A stretch of 64,000 nt of DNA from Phototrophicaceae bacterium (GCA_965204635.1 OZ242001.1:3946780-4010779); one strand, 5' to 3'; shown: positions 34,722 to 44,056, counted from the first letter of the stretch. Made by a program: numbers and translations. Notes: generated by a model not told the origin, from the sequence alone.

Positions 34722-36292
34722 TACTTCCCTCCATTCAATGGGGGGACCGAGGGGGGTGTCGCTAAATCGCCGATGGCTTTGACCATGATGCGCGTGGCGT
34801 TGCCGGGCAAATAGGCCAAGGGCACTTCTTCCACATCGACGATTTCGATGCTTTCGGCGCTGGCGCCGGCATTCACAGCGCGCTCGCTCGCCTCCGCTTT
34901 GGCTTGGTCCAGGGCGTCGGTCCGGCTGAGCTCGGCCAGAGAGAAGATGCGGTCGCATTCACCTCCCACCTGGGCGATGGCCGCGCCGATGGCATTGGCG
35001 ACCGGGAAGTGATCGGGTTTGATGATCTCCGATGCGCCTTCGATTGCGCCGGTGACCAGGATGCTGCCGCCGCCGACCACGATGACCGGCACCGGCGTCG
35101 CGCTGGTTTTCATGCGGTCAACAGCGATGGCAATCATCTCCATAATCCGCGCTTGCACGGCGGAGACGAGCGACGCATCAAGGCGGCTGACGGCGCTTGC
35201 GTCGCCGATATCTTCCGAGCCACCGGCCACAATAACATCGGTGGCGGTTAAAACATCGCCGCCGAAGACCAGCGCCTTCTCCGTTAGCTCGTAGCCGACG
35301 CTGCGAGGCCCGACTTTGAGCGGGTCGCTTTCGATCAGGCTGCCGCCGCCCAGACCGATGGAGTAGGTATCGGGCATGCGGAAGTTGGTCCGCACGCCGC
35401 CGATATCAACCGCCAGGGCGGCCACGCGCGGGAAACCATGCTGCAGCACGCCGATATCGGTTGTCGTCCCGCCGACATCGACGACGATGGCATCGCGCAA
35501 GCCGCTAAGAAAAGCCGCGCCGCGCATGCTGTTGGTCGGGCCCGAGGCGAAGGTCAACACCGGGTATTCTTTGGCGAAGTCGGCGTTCATCAACGTGCCG
35601 TCATTCTGGCTGATGTAGAAGGGCGCCTCGATGTTCAACTCGTCCAGAGCGGCTTTGAAGCCGTCTACGGTGCGCGCCGCCAATTGCCGCAGGCAAGAAT
35701 TCATGATGGCGGCATTCTCTCGCTCGAGCAGGCCGATGCGCCCGATCTCGCTCGAGAGCGTGATATTGGCGCCGGGGATGACCGAACGCACGATCTCCGC
35801 GCTCTGTTCTTCAAATGTCGAGTTGACCGGCGAGAACACGGATGAGATAGCGATGGCATCCAGGCCGGCATCACGAATCTTCTGCGCGATTTCACGCACT
35901 TCTTCGGGCTGATAAGCCGAGATTTCCCGCCCATCGAATTCGTGCCCGCCATGCGCCAGATGCGCCTCGCCGCCGACAATCTCCCGCAGGTCATCGGGCC
36001 AATCCACCATCGGCGGCAAGCAGACGGTCGCCGGCAAGCCGAGGCGGATGCAGGCGGTCGGCGTCAAATGCTTGCGTTCGACCACGGCATTTGTGAAATG
36101 CGTCGTGCCGATCATCACGCCATCGATCTTGGCGCGATCGATGCCCGAATCCTCGATCACTTCTCGCAGGGCTTTGGCGATGCCCTCCGATACATTGGCG
36201 GTCGTGGGCGTCTTGGTTGAACTGACGACGGCCGCGCCATCCATCAAGACGGCGTCGGTGTTGGTCCCGCCGACATCTACTCCGATTCTCAT
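34721..36292 (-). CDS. hydantoinase/oxoprolinase family protein (HyuA-like, ASKHA fold)
   Basis: ORF 34721..36418. Start ATG 36292 (MRIGVDVGGTNTDAVLMDG). Second phosphate motif VVDVGGTTTDIGVL. About 524 aa. No HyuB-like partner in the window. Confidence 0.8.
   Translation of the reverse strand: MRIGVDVGGTNTDAVLMDGAAVVSSTKTPTTANVSEGIAKALREVIEDSGIDRAKIDGVMIGTTHFTNAVVERKHLTPTACIRLGLPATVCLPPMVDWPDDLREIVGGEAHLAHGGHEFDGREISAYQPEEVREIAQKIRDAGLDAIAISSVFSPVNSTFEEQSAEIVRSVIPGANITLSSEIGRIGLLERENAAIMNSCLRQLAARTVDGFKAALDELNIEAPFYISQNDGTLMNADFAKEYPVLTFASGPTNSMRGAAFLSGLRDAIVVDVGGTTTDIGVLQHGFPRVAALAVDIGGVRTNFRMPDTYSIGLGGGSLIESDPLKVGPRSVGYELTEKALVFGGDVLTATDVIVAGGSEDIGDASAVSRLDASLVSAVQARIMEMIAIAVDRMKTSATPVPVIVVGGGSILVTGAIEGASEIIKPDHFPVANAIGAAIAQVGGECDRIFSLAELSRTDALDQAKAEASERAVNAGASAESIEIVDVEEVPLAYLPGNATRIMVKAIGDLATPPSVPPLNGGK
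34727..34759. repeat. 32-nt C6/G6/G6 palindromic element, copy at hydantoinase 3' end (opposite orientation, one arm degenerate)
   Basis: Plus strand TCCCTCCATTCAATGGGGGGACCGAGGGGGG. Encodes the last residues PPSVPPLNGGK of the hydantoinase-like gene and contains the SD of the next gene. Confidence 0.65.
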
Positions 36293-36356
36293 AGGTGTTT
36301 TCTCCGCTTCTGTGATTTGCGATATGTCACGGTCGAGCGTCGCCTTCACTCTACTG

Positions 36357-37802
36357 CTAGTAAGTCCACCACCAGGTCTCCGGGTTGCCGATGTTGCGGA
36401 TGATGGCGAGATACCCATAGTGATTCTGGTAGGGCGCGATGAGGTTCAAAAGCGCATACTGCGCTTCGACGCAGGGCAACTCATTCTGCCAGCCGATGGC
36501 GCTTTGCGTGTAGGCTCGCTGCTGGGCGGAATGGCAGGCTTCGTGGATGAGGCTGCTGGCGGCGTCCACGATGTCGCCCATGCTTGGCGCCGCATCCGGA
36601 TTGTCGCTGTGCCGGTAACTGATGTCGACTATCCACTGCCGATTCAAAAAGCCGGCGCCGCCCCCATTCGGCGACATTTGAATCTTGCGCACGCCGCTGT
36701 TGTACAGATATTGCAACCAAGCCGGCGCTCTGTTCTGCATGAGTTCGAGCGTCTTGTTGATCAGATCGACGAAGCTCCGATTGCCTTCGATTTCCGGGCG
36801 CGTTCCAAGCGGCGCCGGGTGAACGCACTGGTTCGCCCGATACTGATGCCCGCCTTGCGCCCATTGGTCGGGGGTATGGCATGTGGCGTAATTCATGTAA
36901 CAGCAGTTGTCAAAGGGACGGGAGGTATCGCGGCCCAGGCCGAATGATCGCATCGTTTGCGGCGTGGCATTCAAGTTGCGCGCAACCTGAGAAACACGAT
37001 ACTGCGTGTGATAGCAGATGTTGTGCCGGAACGTCCAATAGCCGTCATTGAAATCCACATCGCTATGGCAATCCCAGCCCAGGGAGCAGCAGTTGTCCGC
37101 CCGCCCTGCAGCGCCACCCACGGGCGCGCCGCATTGATTATTCTGGTAAGCCCAATAGCCGTCTTGCCATTCCTGGTCGCTGTTGCATTGCCTGTCAACG
37201 AAGCAGCAATTGTCGACGGCTGCGGTTGCGCTGCTCACCGGCTGTACGGAGCTTTCTTGCCCGGCTGTCGCCCCGCTCGGGCATTGATTATTCTGGTATG
37301 CCCAATAGCCGTCTTGCCATTCCTGATCGCTGTTGCATTGCCGGTCCACGAAACAGCAATTGTCGACGCTGGCGGCTGTGCTTACGGTCGGCTGCACGGC
37401 GCTTTCCTGCCCGGCGGGCGCCCCGACCGGGCACTGATTGCGCTGGTAAGCCCAATAGCCATCGATCCAGTCTTTGTTGCTGTGGCACTGCCGGTCCACA
37501 TAGCAACAGTTGTCTACTTCCGCGGCCGCCGGCGCCTGGCTGCTCTGCGTCACGCGACGGTGCCCGACCCAACTCGCCATCCAAAGCTCGCGCCCGTTCC
37601 GGTTGATCTTTAGCCAGCGGTTGTAACTGTCGATGACTTGCAGAATGCTGCCAGCCGGCGCGGATTCGACCACGGCGCTCTCGAGGCTGTAGCCGGCGCG
37701 CAGATTCGTGTTGAATTCGACGCGTATCGAATAACCCTGCGCCATTGCGACATGGCAAAAAATGAAGATTGCAATTAAAACCGAGAATCGCATTGCTTTC
37801 AT
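36357..37802 (-). CDS. secreted Cys-rich repeat protein with SH3b-like N-terminal domain and C-terminal HExxH motif
   Basis: ORF 36357..37826. Start probably ATG 37802 or 37793 (MKAMRFSVLIAIFIFCHVAMAQ signal peptide). Five copies of a 28-aa module DNCC-x5-C-x15/16-C (e.g. DNCCFVDRQCNSDQEWQDGYWAYQNNQC). LIHEACHSAQQ near the C-terminus. Confidence 0.7.
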   Translation of the reverse strand: MKAMRFSVLIAIFIFCHVAMAQGYSIRVEFNTNLRAGYSLESAVVESAPAGSILQVIDSYNRWLKINRNGRELWMASWVGHRRVTQSSQAPAAAEVDNCCYVDRQCHSNKDWIDGYWAYQRNQCPVGAPAGQESAVQPTVSTAASVDNCCFVDRQCNSDQEWQDGYWAYQNNQCPSGATAGQESSVQPVSSATAAVDNCCFVDRQCNSDQEWQDGYWAYQNNQCGAPVGGAAGRADNCCSLGWDCHSDVDFNDGYWTFRHNICYHTQYRVSQVARNLNATPQTMRSFGLGRDTSRPFDNCCYMNYATCHTPDQWAQGGHQYRANQCVHPAPLGTRPEIEGNRSFVDLINKTLELMQNRAPAWLQYLYNSGVRKIQMSPNGGGAGFLNRQWIVDISYRHSDNPDAAPSMGDIVDAASSLIHEACHSAQQRAYTQSAIGWQNELPCVEAQYALLNLIAPYQNHYGYLAIIRNIGNPETWWWTY

Positions 37803-37988
37803 AGGTCGAAAGTCCTGTAGCTTCAATCCGCTAAAAGAAATCCTAGTATGTCAGCGATGCCGATGCAAAGCAATCAATCCGCCGCATTGCGGACCGACCG
37901 GATGCACGGAGGGCTCGGTGTTGCGATGGGGAAACTTGGCGGCCGTCCCGCAGGCGAAGTCGAATTGAGCCATTTGTGGCTCATTTCG

Positions 37989-39002
37989 CTATTCCTCTCC
38001 CGGCGGCAGCATCTTGTTGCCGGCATCCTGCAGGCGCCGCGTGAATTCCTCTTCAGAGAGCTTTTCTTCGATCATTAATCGATCTCGATAGGCCTCGTAT
38101 TCGTCCCTGACGCGCGCCTTCATCGCATCCCGCGACACCTTGCCAGCATTGTGCAGCAATGGCATTTCGTTCAGATCGCCAATGAACTGGTCAAGCTTCT
38201 TCACCCAGTCCGTCATATACATCGGCTTCTGATCGACAACCTGCAATTCGGCGAAGGACAAGAATTGCTCCACGAGTAGATTCAAGCGCTTCAACTCAAT
38301 GGCTTCAAGATAATTCTTGGCGATATAGGCATCGCGCAGGGACATCGTATCGCGCTTCCAGGTGGTCAAACCCATATTGAGTTTGTCGCTGCCGACCCGC
38401 TCCAGAATCAGTTCGGCGGCGGTATGCCCATGTATCGCATAATGGAATTTGTTCTGCACGGTCCCAAAGAACTTCTTCGCCACTGGTTTGCTCGACTGAT
38501 AATCAATGCTGGTGGCGAAGACATCAAGGACTTTGCGATAGAAGTTGTATTCTGAACTGCGGATATTGCGTATCCGCTGTTCGAGTTCCTCAAAATAATT
38601 CGAGCCGCCATGCGCCAGACGGTCATCGTCCATGACGAATCCCTTGACGATGAATTCGCGCAGTTGCCGTGTCGCCCATATACGGAATTGCGTGCCGCGA
38701 TAAGAATTGACGCGATAGCCAACGGAGATAATCATGTCGAGGTTGTAGTGGGCAATTTCTCTTGAAACCCTGCGCCCGCCTTCGATTTGAACTCGGAAGA
38801 AATACTTCCGAGTTGGATCTTCAGCCAATTCTCCTTCTGCATAAATGTTATTGATATGGCCGCTGATGTTTCTAGCGGTGACCTGCAGTAACTCCGCCAT
38901 ATCGCGCTGACTGAGCCAGACGCTTTCGTCCTGATACAGCACTTCCAGGCGCGTTTCGCCATCCGCCGTCTCGTAGAGAAGTATCTGATTGTCTTTCGCC
39001 AT
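37989..39002 (-). CDS. rhuM: RhuM-family (virulence protein RhuM-like) protein
   Basis: ORF 37989..39017. Start ATG 39002 (MAKDNQILLYETADGETRLEV...). LSQRDMAELLQVTARNISGHI..., REIAHYNLDMIISVGYRVNSYRGTQFRIWATRQLREFIVKGF are typical of the RhuM family. Low-GC islet. Confidence 0.75.
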   Translation of the reverse strand: MAKDNQILLYETADGETRLEVLYQDESVWLSQRDMAELLQVTARNISGHINNIYAEGELAEDPTRKYFFRVQIEGGRRVSREIAHYNLDMIISVGYRVNSYRGTQFRIWATRQLREFIVKGFVMDDDRLAHGGSNYFEELEQRIRNIRSSEYNFYRKVLDVFATSIDYQSSKPVAKKFFGTVQNKFHYAIHGHTAAELILERVGSDKLNMGLTTWKRDTMSLRDAYIAKNYLEAIELKRLNLLVEQFLSFAELQVVDQKPMYMTDWVKKLDQFIGDLNEMPLLHNAGKVSRDAMKARVRDEYEAYRDRLMIEEKLSEEEFTRRLQDAGNKMLPPGEE

Positions 39003-39140
39003 ATTCCCAGACTCCAAGGCCGTCCAAGACGCTAGGATAGCATGAATGTTCGATTATAGCCGAGTGCCGATCGCAAGCCAATAACCCCGCCGCATTGCGC
39101 AGCGACCAACTGCTGCGCAACTTCGGTGCAGGGCAGGGGC

Positions 39141-39332
39141 CTAGACTCCATTGCAATCGAAGGCTGGATCGCAAAAGACGAAATCCATGCTATCGCTGTC
39201 TGTGTTCTGCATAATCGTCAATTTGTCGGTCGTTGCAGCGGTGCCGATTTCGAGATTATAGTGGGCGACTTCGCGGGAAAACCAGCGGCCACCTTTGTTT
39301 TGAACTCTTGCAGAAAATGCAATAGTTGCCAC
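39141..39332 (-). pseudogene. decayed fragment of a second rhuM-like copy
   Basis: FSARVQNKGGRWFSREVAHYNLEI aligns with FFRVQIEGGRRVSREIAHYNLDMI of the intact gene. Its downstream ~60 bp (39069-39128) also resembles the stretch downstream of rhuM (37859-37920). Confidence 0.6.
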
Positions 39333-39437
39333 AACTCTTAGCGTCCTCGTCGAACTATTCGGAACTTCCGAGTAGTTGACCGCTAAATTGAACTAGAAAG
39401 TATTTCTTTCAAGTTGCGCCTGTCATTCATCGTTTTT

Positions 39438-39640
39438 CTCTGTAACTGTAAGAAAGTCGTGCAAAATGTGATGAGCAGTTTGTAGCAAGAGAGGGCGAGC
39501 CGCCGGGTCGCGTAGACACTGACCGCCGCTCGCCCGTACAGCGAGTCTTCTCTTATGCCGTAGGGGCGAGCCTTGGCTCGCCCGCATGTATGTCGCGAAA
39601 GACGATGCGCATTTTTTCAATTACTTACTTGCGTTTACTT
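39438..39640 (-). mobile_element. MITE-like composite repeat (copy 6, inverted)
   Basis: Collinear with copy 5 (…GTCGTGCAAAATGTGATGAGC…GCCGTAGGGGCGAGCCTTGGCTCGCCC…ATGCGCATTTTTTCAATTACTTACTTGCGTTTAC). Confidence 0.5.
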
Positions 39641-39672
39641 TCGTGCCTCTGCGCCCTCTGCGTACTCTGTAG

Positions 39673-40824
39673 TTAGATCCCCGGATGCAAGCCAATCACC
39701 CCGCCGGGCAGGGGCCGAAAGGGCGCATCGTAACCAAAGGCGCCGGGACCGACTACCTGCAGCGCGGCCTCGCTCTTGAGCTGGGGCGGTGCCGGCGCCG
39801 TTATGACGGCGACCCGCGTCCCATAGCGCAGCGCTTCGGTCGTGACCGGCTCGCCTTCCTCTTCCGTCACGATACATATCAGATCTGGCGTGGTCGCCGC
39901 AACTTCTCCATTGAGACGGGCGATCAGGAATTCGTTCTGAAATTCAATTTCCAGCACCCCCCTCGGTCCCCCCAATGCATTGGGGGGATGTTGCTTGGGA
40001 TCAAAAGCGCTGATTCGCACTTTTCCACGGGCGAAACCTTTGGTCGTGCGCCGCTCCACATCGGCAATCTTGCCGCGAAAGATGACCTGGCCATCCAGCG
40101 CGGCCGCCACCACCGGCGGCACATCGGACTTTTGCGCCTGGGCTTCGATGACCCGGGCGCCGAGGCGGCGCGCCAGGCTCAGGGTATAGTGCACGCCGGC
40201 GCATTTGACTTGCGCGCCCGTCATGATCGTGCCGGCCAGGCCGGCGCGCGCGCCCATGCTGACGGCGATATTGCGGGCGATCTTTTCCGCCCAGACATCG
40301 CTGACCGCCGCCGGAACCACCGCGGCATTATCGGCGGCGTCGACCATCGCCAGGGGCGCGGCGGTGGCGCTGGTATCGAAGAGGAAGGACGACATCTGGA
40401 TTTCGGGAAATGCCCGGCCCATGCTGTCGCTGTCAACGGTCGGGATGCCGACCTGCAAGCCCCCGATCAGCGGCTGCATGGAATTGGCGCCGCCAATCTC
40501 GGCGATGGCGATCGCGTCGAAGCGGCGGCCGATATGCGCCTCCAGCAGGCGGATTGCCCGCATCATCTCCGTGCCTTCCGGCAGTTTCTCAATGCTGACC
40601 GTCGGCGCGCCGATGCTGCCGACTACGCAGCACAAGGCGTCGTCCGCCAAATCAAACGGGTCGATGATCGCTTGCGGGCCCTTCTCGCGAATTACCGACG
40701 CCAGGTGCAAGCCGCCGAGGTAAGGGTTGCCGCCGCCGCCCGTGCCCAGGATGCCGGCGCCGATCCCGATCGGCCGGATATCATCCAGGGTCACTTCCCG
40801 CAGCAGACCGCGTTCTCCGTCCAT
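39673..40824 (-). CDS. DUF917-family protein (paralog e, divergent subfamily)
   Basis: ORF 39673..40989. Start ATG 40824 (MDGERGLLREVTLDDIRPIGIGAGILGTGGGGNPYLGG). Closest to paralog d and carries the same in-frame palindromic element. Lies 14 nt after the Gfo/Idh/MocA gene. Confidence 0.75.
   Translation of the reverse strand: MDGERGLLREVTLDDIRPIGIGAGILGTGGGGNPYLGGLHLASVIREKGPQAIIDPFDLADDALCCVVGSIGAPTVSIEKLPEGTEMMRAIRLLEAHIGRRFDAIAIAEIGGANSMQPLIGGLQVGIPTVDSDSMGRAFPEIQMSSFLFDTSATAAPLAMVDAADNAAVVPAAVSDVWAEKIARNIAVSMGARAGLAGTIMTGAQVKCAGVHYTLSLARRLGARVIEAQAQKSDVPPVVAAALDGQVIFRGKIADVERRTTKGFARGKVRISAFDPKQHPPNALGGPRGVLEIEFQNEFLIARLNGEVAATTPDLICIVTEEEGEPVTTEALRYGTRVAVITAPAPPQLKSEAALQVVGPGAFGYDAPFRPLPGGVIGLHPGI
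39957..39988. repeat. 32-nt C6/G6/G6 palindromic element, copy inside a CDS
   Basis: CCCCCCTCGGTCCCCCCAATGCATTGGGGGGA. Encodes HPPNALGGPRGV in DUF917 paralog e. Confidence 0.7.
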
Positions 40825-40838
40825 GTGCGGGCAATCCC

Positions 40839-41924
40839 TCAGGCCGGCTCGCCGTCGGCCATGAGCTGGATCATATCGCGATACAAGAGCAGATCCTGGC
40901 GGAAGTCTTGGGGAGAGGCCTTCGTCGGCTCGCCGCTGCTGACGCTGTGGTGGAAGGCGCGCCATTCTTCGGTGAAGGCATCGCCCCAAGCGGGCTGGCT
41001 TATTGTATGCGTCGTGCGCGCCCCGTCGCTGGATTCGACGAGGCTGAGCCGGATCGGCAGATTGCGCACGAAGGGCGTGTCATAATCGACCCGAATCACT
41101 TTGTCGGCGCCAAATACCTCCAGATAGGTGTCATAACGCGGGATATTGTCGCTGCCGCTGCTGAACAGGCAGACGAAGTCGCCATAATCAAAGACCGCCG
41201 TCAGATTGCGTCCGCCGTGCCGCTGCGCGGCGTGCAGCAGGCCTTTTGGCATCCCGAGCATTTCGCGCATGGCGGATGTATCGTGCGTGCTCAAGCCGAG
41301 CATCATGTTATATGCCGTCTTGAGCGCCTCAGGCTGCTCGCCGATGGCGGCGCGAATCTGCTCGTCTTGACGCTGGCGCAGGTCTGCGGCCGCGGATTCC
41401 GGAATGTCATCGGACGCGACGACGCTCGAAGTCGGATCGATGATCAAGTTGTTGCGGCCGATAATGTCATGCACTTTCGCCAGGCGAATCTCACCCATCT
41501 CTTTGACGATGCGGCAGGCTTCAAGAAAGGCGGGCGCATAGCGGCGCATCGTGCCGACCTGGACGATTTTTCCCGTTCTTTCTTCTTCCGCGATGACGGC
41601 GTCGTTTTCGGCCAGGTTCAGGCACATGGGTTTCTCGACCAGCACATGTTTTCCCGCTCGCATCGCCGCGATTGTCGCCTCGGCATGGAAAGCGTTGGGG
41701 TTGGCGATAAGCACGGCGTCGACCGTATCCAATGCCAGGAGCTCTTGATAGCGGCTGAAGCGCGCGGCGATGTTCCAGGCCTCTCCCACGCCCGCCAGCG
41801 CCTTCGGGCTGACATCGCAGATTGCGGTGACTTCAAAGAGATGGCGCAGTTGATAAAGCGTCGGCAGATGCACGATCTGCGCCACGGAACCGCAGCCGAT
41901 AATGCCGATTCTAAGTCGCGACAC
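40839..41924 (-). CDS. Gfo/Idh/MocA family oxidoreductase
   Basis: 361-aa ORF. Rossmann N-terminus MSRLRIGIIGCGSVAQ and EKPM motif (HVLVEKPMCL). Confidence 0.85.
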   Translation of the reverse strand: MSRLRIGIIGCGSVAQIVHLPTLYQLRHLFEVTAICDVSPKALAGVGEAWNIAARFSRYQELLALDTVDAVLIANPNAFHAEATIAAMRAGKHVLVEKPMCLNLAENDAVIAEEERTGKIVQVGTMRRYAPAFLEACRIVKEMGEIRLAKVHDIIGRNNLIIDPTSSVVASDDIPESAAADLRQRQDEQIRAAIGEQPEALKTAYNMMLGLSTHDTSAMREMLGMPKGLLHAAQRHGGRNLTAVFDYGDFVCLFSSGSDNIPRYDTYLEVFGADKVIRVDYDTPFVRNLPIRLSLVESSDGARTTHTISQPAWGDAFTEEWRAFHHSVSSGEPTKASPQDFRQDLLLYRDMIQLMADGEPA

Positions 41925-41966
41925 GCTCGCCTAATCCTTTCAATGCCATTCGATAATACTGGAGAT

Positions 41967-42944
41967 TCAGGTCGCTGCGGCCGGGTGCAGGTGACAAGCG
42001 ACTTGATGCGCCCGGTCCACCTCGATCAGAGGCGGCGGAATAGTCTCGCAAGTCGCCAATTTATCCGCATGGCAGCGCGGCGCAAAGGGACAGCCCTTCT
42101 GCGGAAAATTGTGCGACAGGTCGCCGCGAATGATGATCTCCTCGCGCTGAAGATCCGGGTCGGGCTCGGGTATGGCCGAGATCAAAGCTTGCGTATATGG
42201 GTGTTTCGGCTCTTCGAATATGACTTCGGTCTCTGCCACTTCGACGATCTTGCCCAAATAAAGCAGCGCCACTTCGTCGCACATATAACGCACGACGCCC
42301 AAATCATGCGAGATGAACAAATAGGTCAGGCCGAACTGGTCTTGCAAGTCCTGCAAGAGGTTTAGAATCTGGGCCTGCACCGAGACATCAAGCGCCGAGG
42401 TCGGCTCGTCCAGCACGATCAAGCGCGGCTGCACAGCGAGGGCGCGGGCGATGCCGATGCGCTGCTGCTGCCCGCCGCTGAATTCATGCGGATAGCGATA
42501 ATAATGTTCTTCTTTCAGGCCAACCACATGCATCAGTTCCAGCACGCGCTCGCGCGCCGCGTCGCCTTTGAGGCTTTCGTGAATCCAAAGCGGTTCGCTG
42601 ACGATCTGCCCGACCGTCATGCGGCCGTTGAGCGAGGCGGCCGGCGCCTGATAAATCATCTGGATCTCGCTGCGCAGGCGGCGCAATTCGCGCTGCTTGA
42701 GATGGGTGATATCTTGCTCGTCATAAAGAATCTGCCCGGCCGTGGGCTCCAGCAGGCGCAGGATGCACTTGCCGATGGTGGTCTTGCCCGAGCCCGATTC
42801 GCCCACCAGCCCCAGGGTTTTGCCCGCTTGCAGGGCGAAACTGACATCGTCGACGGCGCGGAAGTCGGCCGTCTTCTGATTGAACAAGCCGCCGCGGACC
42901 GGGAAGAACTTGCATAGACGATTGACTTCCAGCAGGTAGCTCAT
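41967..42944 (-). CDS. peptide/oligosaccharide ABC transporter ATP-binding protein (DppF/OppF-like)
   Basis: ORF 41967..43043. Start ATG 42944 ([14 protein letters not shown]) overlaps the upstream stop. [29 protein letters not shown]. Confidence 0.9.
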   Translation of the reverse strand: MSYLLEVNRLCKFFPVRGGLFNQKTADFRAVDDVSFALQAGKTLGLVGESGSGKTTIGKCILRLLEPTAGQILYDEQDITHLKQRELRRLRSEIQMIYQAPAASLNGRMTVGQIVSEPLWIHESLKGDAARERVLELMHVVGLKEEHYYRYPHEFSGGQQQRIGIARALAVQPRLIVLDEPTSALDVSVQAQILNLLQDLQDQFGLTYLFISHDLGVVRYMCDEVALLYLGKIVEVAETEVIFEEPKHPYTQALISAIPEPDPDLQREEIIIRGDLSHNFPQKGCPFAPRCHADKLATCETIPPPLIEVDRAHQVACHLHPAAAT

Positions 42945-43966
42945 GCGTCCTCCGGGTAGAGGAAGCAGGAAGCCGTGTGCTGCGCGCCGACGGGAATCGC
43001 GTCCGGCACGGCATTCCGACAGATGTCCATCGCCTGTTCGCAACGCGGGTGAAAGCGGCAGCCGGCCGGCGGGTTGATGAGGTTGGGAATCATGCCCGGG
43101 ATGCCTTCCAAACCGCCGCGGCTGATATCTTTCTGCGGCACAGCCGCTATCAGACCGCGCGTGTAGGGATGCTTTGGGTTCTTGAAGAGCTCGCGAACGG
43201 GCGACTCTTCAATGACCCGGCCGGCGTACATGACGGCGACCCGCTCACAACTGCGGGCGACCACGCCTAAATTATGCGTGATCAGCAGCACGGTCAAGCC
43301 CAGCTGCGCCACGAGCGAGCGGATCAGGCGCAGGATCTGCGCTTGAATGGTGACATCAAGGGCGGTGGTCGGCTCGTCGGCAATGAGCAGGTCCGGGTCG
43401 CCGGCCAAGGCCATCGCAATCAGCACCCGCTGCCGCATGCCGCCGCTGAATTGATGCGGGTAATCGTTGATGCGCACATCGCCATCCGGGATGCCGGTCA
43501 GTCGCATCAGCTCAACCGCTCGCTCATGCGCCTCGCGGCGCAACTGCCGCGCCGATGGCAGAAAGCCGCGCCAGCGCCCGGGCACCTTCTTGCCCTGCGC
43601 GCGCTGATAGAGCACGGCATCCACCAACTGCTCGCGAATGGTGAAGAGCGGGTTCAGGTTTGTCACCGGGTCTTGAAAGATCATGCCGACATGGCGGGCG
43701 CGAAAGGCTTCCATTTCGCTCTCGGTCTTGCTCAGGATGTCTTCGCCGGCGAATGTGACGCGCCCGGCCGTGATGAGCCCGGGCGGCATGGGGATCAAGC
43801 GGGGCACGGAGAGCGCGGTCATCGACTTGCCGCAGCCGGTTTCGCCCACCAGCCCAAGCACATCGCCGCGCCGCATCTGTAAGTTGACGCCGGCCAAGAC
43901 CTTGACCACGCCGTCATAAGTGTGGAACTCGAGGTGCAAGTCTTCTATGTTGAGCAGGTCCGTCAT
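42941..43966 (-). CDS. peptide/oligosaccharide ABC transporter ATP-binding protein (DppD/OppD-like)
   Basis: 341-aa [32 protein letters not shown]-terminal oligopeptide-ABC extension with Cys motif. Confidence 0.9.
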   Translation of the reverse strand: MTDLLNIEDLHLEFHTYDGVVKVLAGVNLQMRRGDVLGLVGETGCGKSMTALSVPRLIPMPPGLITAGRVTFAGEDILSKTESEMEAFRARHVGMIFQDPVTNLNPLFTIREQLVDAVLYQRAQGKKVPGRWRGFLPSARQLRREAHERAVELMRLTGIPDGDVRINDYPHQFSGGMRQRVLIAMALAGDPDLLIADEPTTALDVTIQAQILRLIRSLVAQLGLTVLLITHNLGVVARSCERVAVMYAGRVIEESPVRELFKNPKHPYTRGLIAAVPQKDISRGGLEGIPGMIPNLINPPAGCRFHPRCEQAMDICRNAVPDAIPVGAQHTASCFLYPEDA

Positions 43967-44056
43967 CTTAGCGCTCTATATCCAGACCAAGTCACGCGCA
44001 TGTCAAGGCGACCAACCTGGCCGCCGGCCTCGTCCAACGAGGCTTTAGAAAATCGC

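Noticed and set aside
33639-34958. Long N-terminal extensions given by the ORF track: 33639..34958, 39673..40989, 47863..49797, 49367..50599, 12658..13884, 41967..43043, 34721..36418, 19201..21501
   Set aside because: The extensions are Arg-rich, overlap upstream genes or repeats, and precede internal starts. Those internal starts have SD sequences and N-termini matching paralogs or families. Starts were therefore moved downstream.
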